Shown piece after piece: positions 49,161-50,654 of a stretch of DNA of 50,654 nucleotides (position 1 is its first letter; every line of letters starts with the position of its first letter). The stretch comes from Chiloscyllium plagiosum (Eukaryota), in NCBI RefSeq assembly GCF_004010195.1, contig NC_057719.1, positions 10,141,529 to 10,192,182 of the forward strand, given 5' to 3'. The position numbers and the translations under genes are program-made. Below the pieces are notes generated by a model. That model was given only the letters and a program-made list of their open reading frames with translations, was not told the DNA's origin and searched no databases.

Positions 49161-49409
49161 ACACTGTAGGGATTCTATGACTTCATCAGCTGTGAAATGC
49201 TGCAAAATATCCCATGGTCTTGAATCATGCTGCTGTCTGGGTCATAGCACAGAAGGCCAATAGACCTGAGGGTGAATTGATTGGCACTGATATTGAAGGA
49301 GCTGAGCTGTTATACTGCACACTGCCCACAATCTGAATGTTCCTCGTTTACTCACTCAAAGCACCAAGTAAGGTTTTATACACACTCTACCCCTGCTAAG
49401 ACTTTTTCT

Positions 49410-49750
49410 CCAATTCATTCACAGAACACGGACATTGTTGGCTAGGCCTGGATTTATCACCCCAGGGAGCAGTTCGGAGTCAACCACACTGGTGTGGGTC
49501 TGGAGTCACATATAGGCCAGACCAAAAAGAATGAGCAGATTTCCTTCACTAAGAGATATCAGTGAGCCATATGGGATTTCCCCACAACAGTTAGCAAGAG
49601 TTTCATGGTCATTATTAGAGTCTTCATTCCAGATTTTTTATTGAATTCAAATTCCATTATTTGTCATGGCAGGATTTGAATCGGGGCGCCATGAATAATA
49701 CCTAGGTCACTCAGATTGACAGTCTAGCAATAATACCAATATATCATTAT
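49410..49750 (-). mobile_element. tRNA-derived SINE, second family (best copy)
   Basis: gagtcaaccacact..gtgggtctggagtcacat.taggccagacc...ttattgaattcaaattcc...ggatttgaa (B-box-like on the minus strand). Confidence 0.7.
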
Positions 49751-50239
49751 TGAAATGTTATTGCAGGGAAACAAAGACTCTATATAGAGCTTTGACTTTG
49801 TAGGATACACAGGATATCACAAATTTAAAGAAAAACGTTTTACGCATGAATTGTTAGAAGAAAAAACTTTTTTCGCAAAAATTGTTGAAGAAATGAAATT
49901 GAAAAATCATTCAATGAGCCCTGTCACCATTGAGTTCTTTGGGAGAGAGTTTGCACAATAATCTGAGAGAAAAATATTCCCCTCAGTCAGTGTTAACTGG
50001 GCAATCCCCAATTCTAAAACAGTGTCCTGTGGTTCTGGATTCACCCATAAGGCAATATCCTTCTGGAACCACTACAGTCCCTATGGTGGACAATCCACTG
50101 TGCTGTTCCTTAAGCAGTTTGATATGACTGAGTGGTTTGTTAAGTCACTTTCAAAGCGACAGTTAAGATACAAGCACATTGCTGTGGATTTGGAGTTGCA
50201 TGAAGGCCAGACTACATAAAGCTGGCAGACTTCCTTTGC

Positions 50240-50420
50240 TGGAGAGGGCTCAGAAGAGATTTACCAAGATGTTGTCAGGTATGGAAGGTTTGAGTTATAA
50301 TGAAGGGCTGGATAGGCTGGGACTCTTTTCGTACTGGAGCGTAGGAGATTGAGAGTTGACTTGTTAGAATTTTATAAAATAATGAGGGTTATAGATAGGG
50401 TTAATGGTCATTGTCTTTTT
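50240..50420 (+). mobile_element. CR1 3' fragment
   Basis: RAQKRFTKML.GMEGLSY.E.LDRLGLF. Confidence 0.75.
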
Positions 50421-50654
50421 TTGGATTAGTGGTGCTGGAAGGGCACAACAGTTCAGGCAGCATCCGAGGAGCAGTAAAATCGACGTTTCGGGCAAAAGCC
50501 CTTAGTCAGGAATAAAGGCAGAGAGCCTGAAGGGTGGAGAGATAAGCTAGAGGAGGGTGGGGTGGGTAGAAAGTAGCATAGAGTACAATAGGTGAGGGGG
50601 GGAGGGGATGAAGGCGATAGGCCAGGGAGGAGGGTGGAGTGGATAGGTGGAAAA
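50421..50654 (-). mobile_element. PLE terminal region running off the window
   Basis: Matches 21591-21724 and the purine-rich UTR at 43900-44000; hammerhead core reads CTGACTA instead of CTGATGA. Confidence 0.85.

Overview
Eukaryotic, repeat-dense window with no confidently identifiable host gene. HE1/V-SINEs, HER1/CR1 LINEs, DeuSINEs and Penelope-like elements (PLEs) point to an elasmobranch (shark) genome, probably intronic or intergenic (inference). The main structure is a near full-length, decayed L1/Tx1-clade LINE on the minus strand (3891-10141) bounded by a perfect 21-bp target-site duplication (TSD). Its ORF1 has been hit twice, a few bases apart, by its own relatives: a 5'-truncated 3' end, and an ORF1-only element with no ORF2 (HAL1-like architecture). 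A 5'-truncated PLE (RT + GIY-YIG, 13-bp TSD) lies at 43776-46240. Many short PLE-derived insertions carry minimal hammerhead-ribozyme motifs, often as inverted pairs with 12-16 bp TSDs. The rest is CR1/L2/RTE/Rex1 fragments, at least three SINE families, a pogo/Tigger-type MITE, a probable solo LTR, a 62-bp tandem repeat, two assembly gaps, and a few repeat-free blocks that may be regulatory elements or short exons. All family assignments come from motif recognition by eye; no database search was run.
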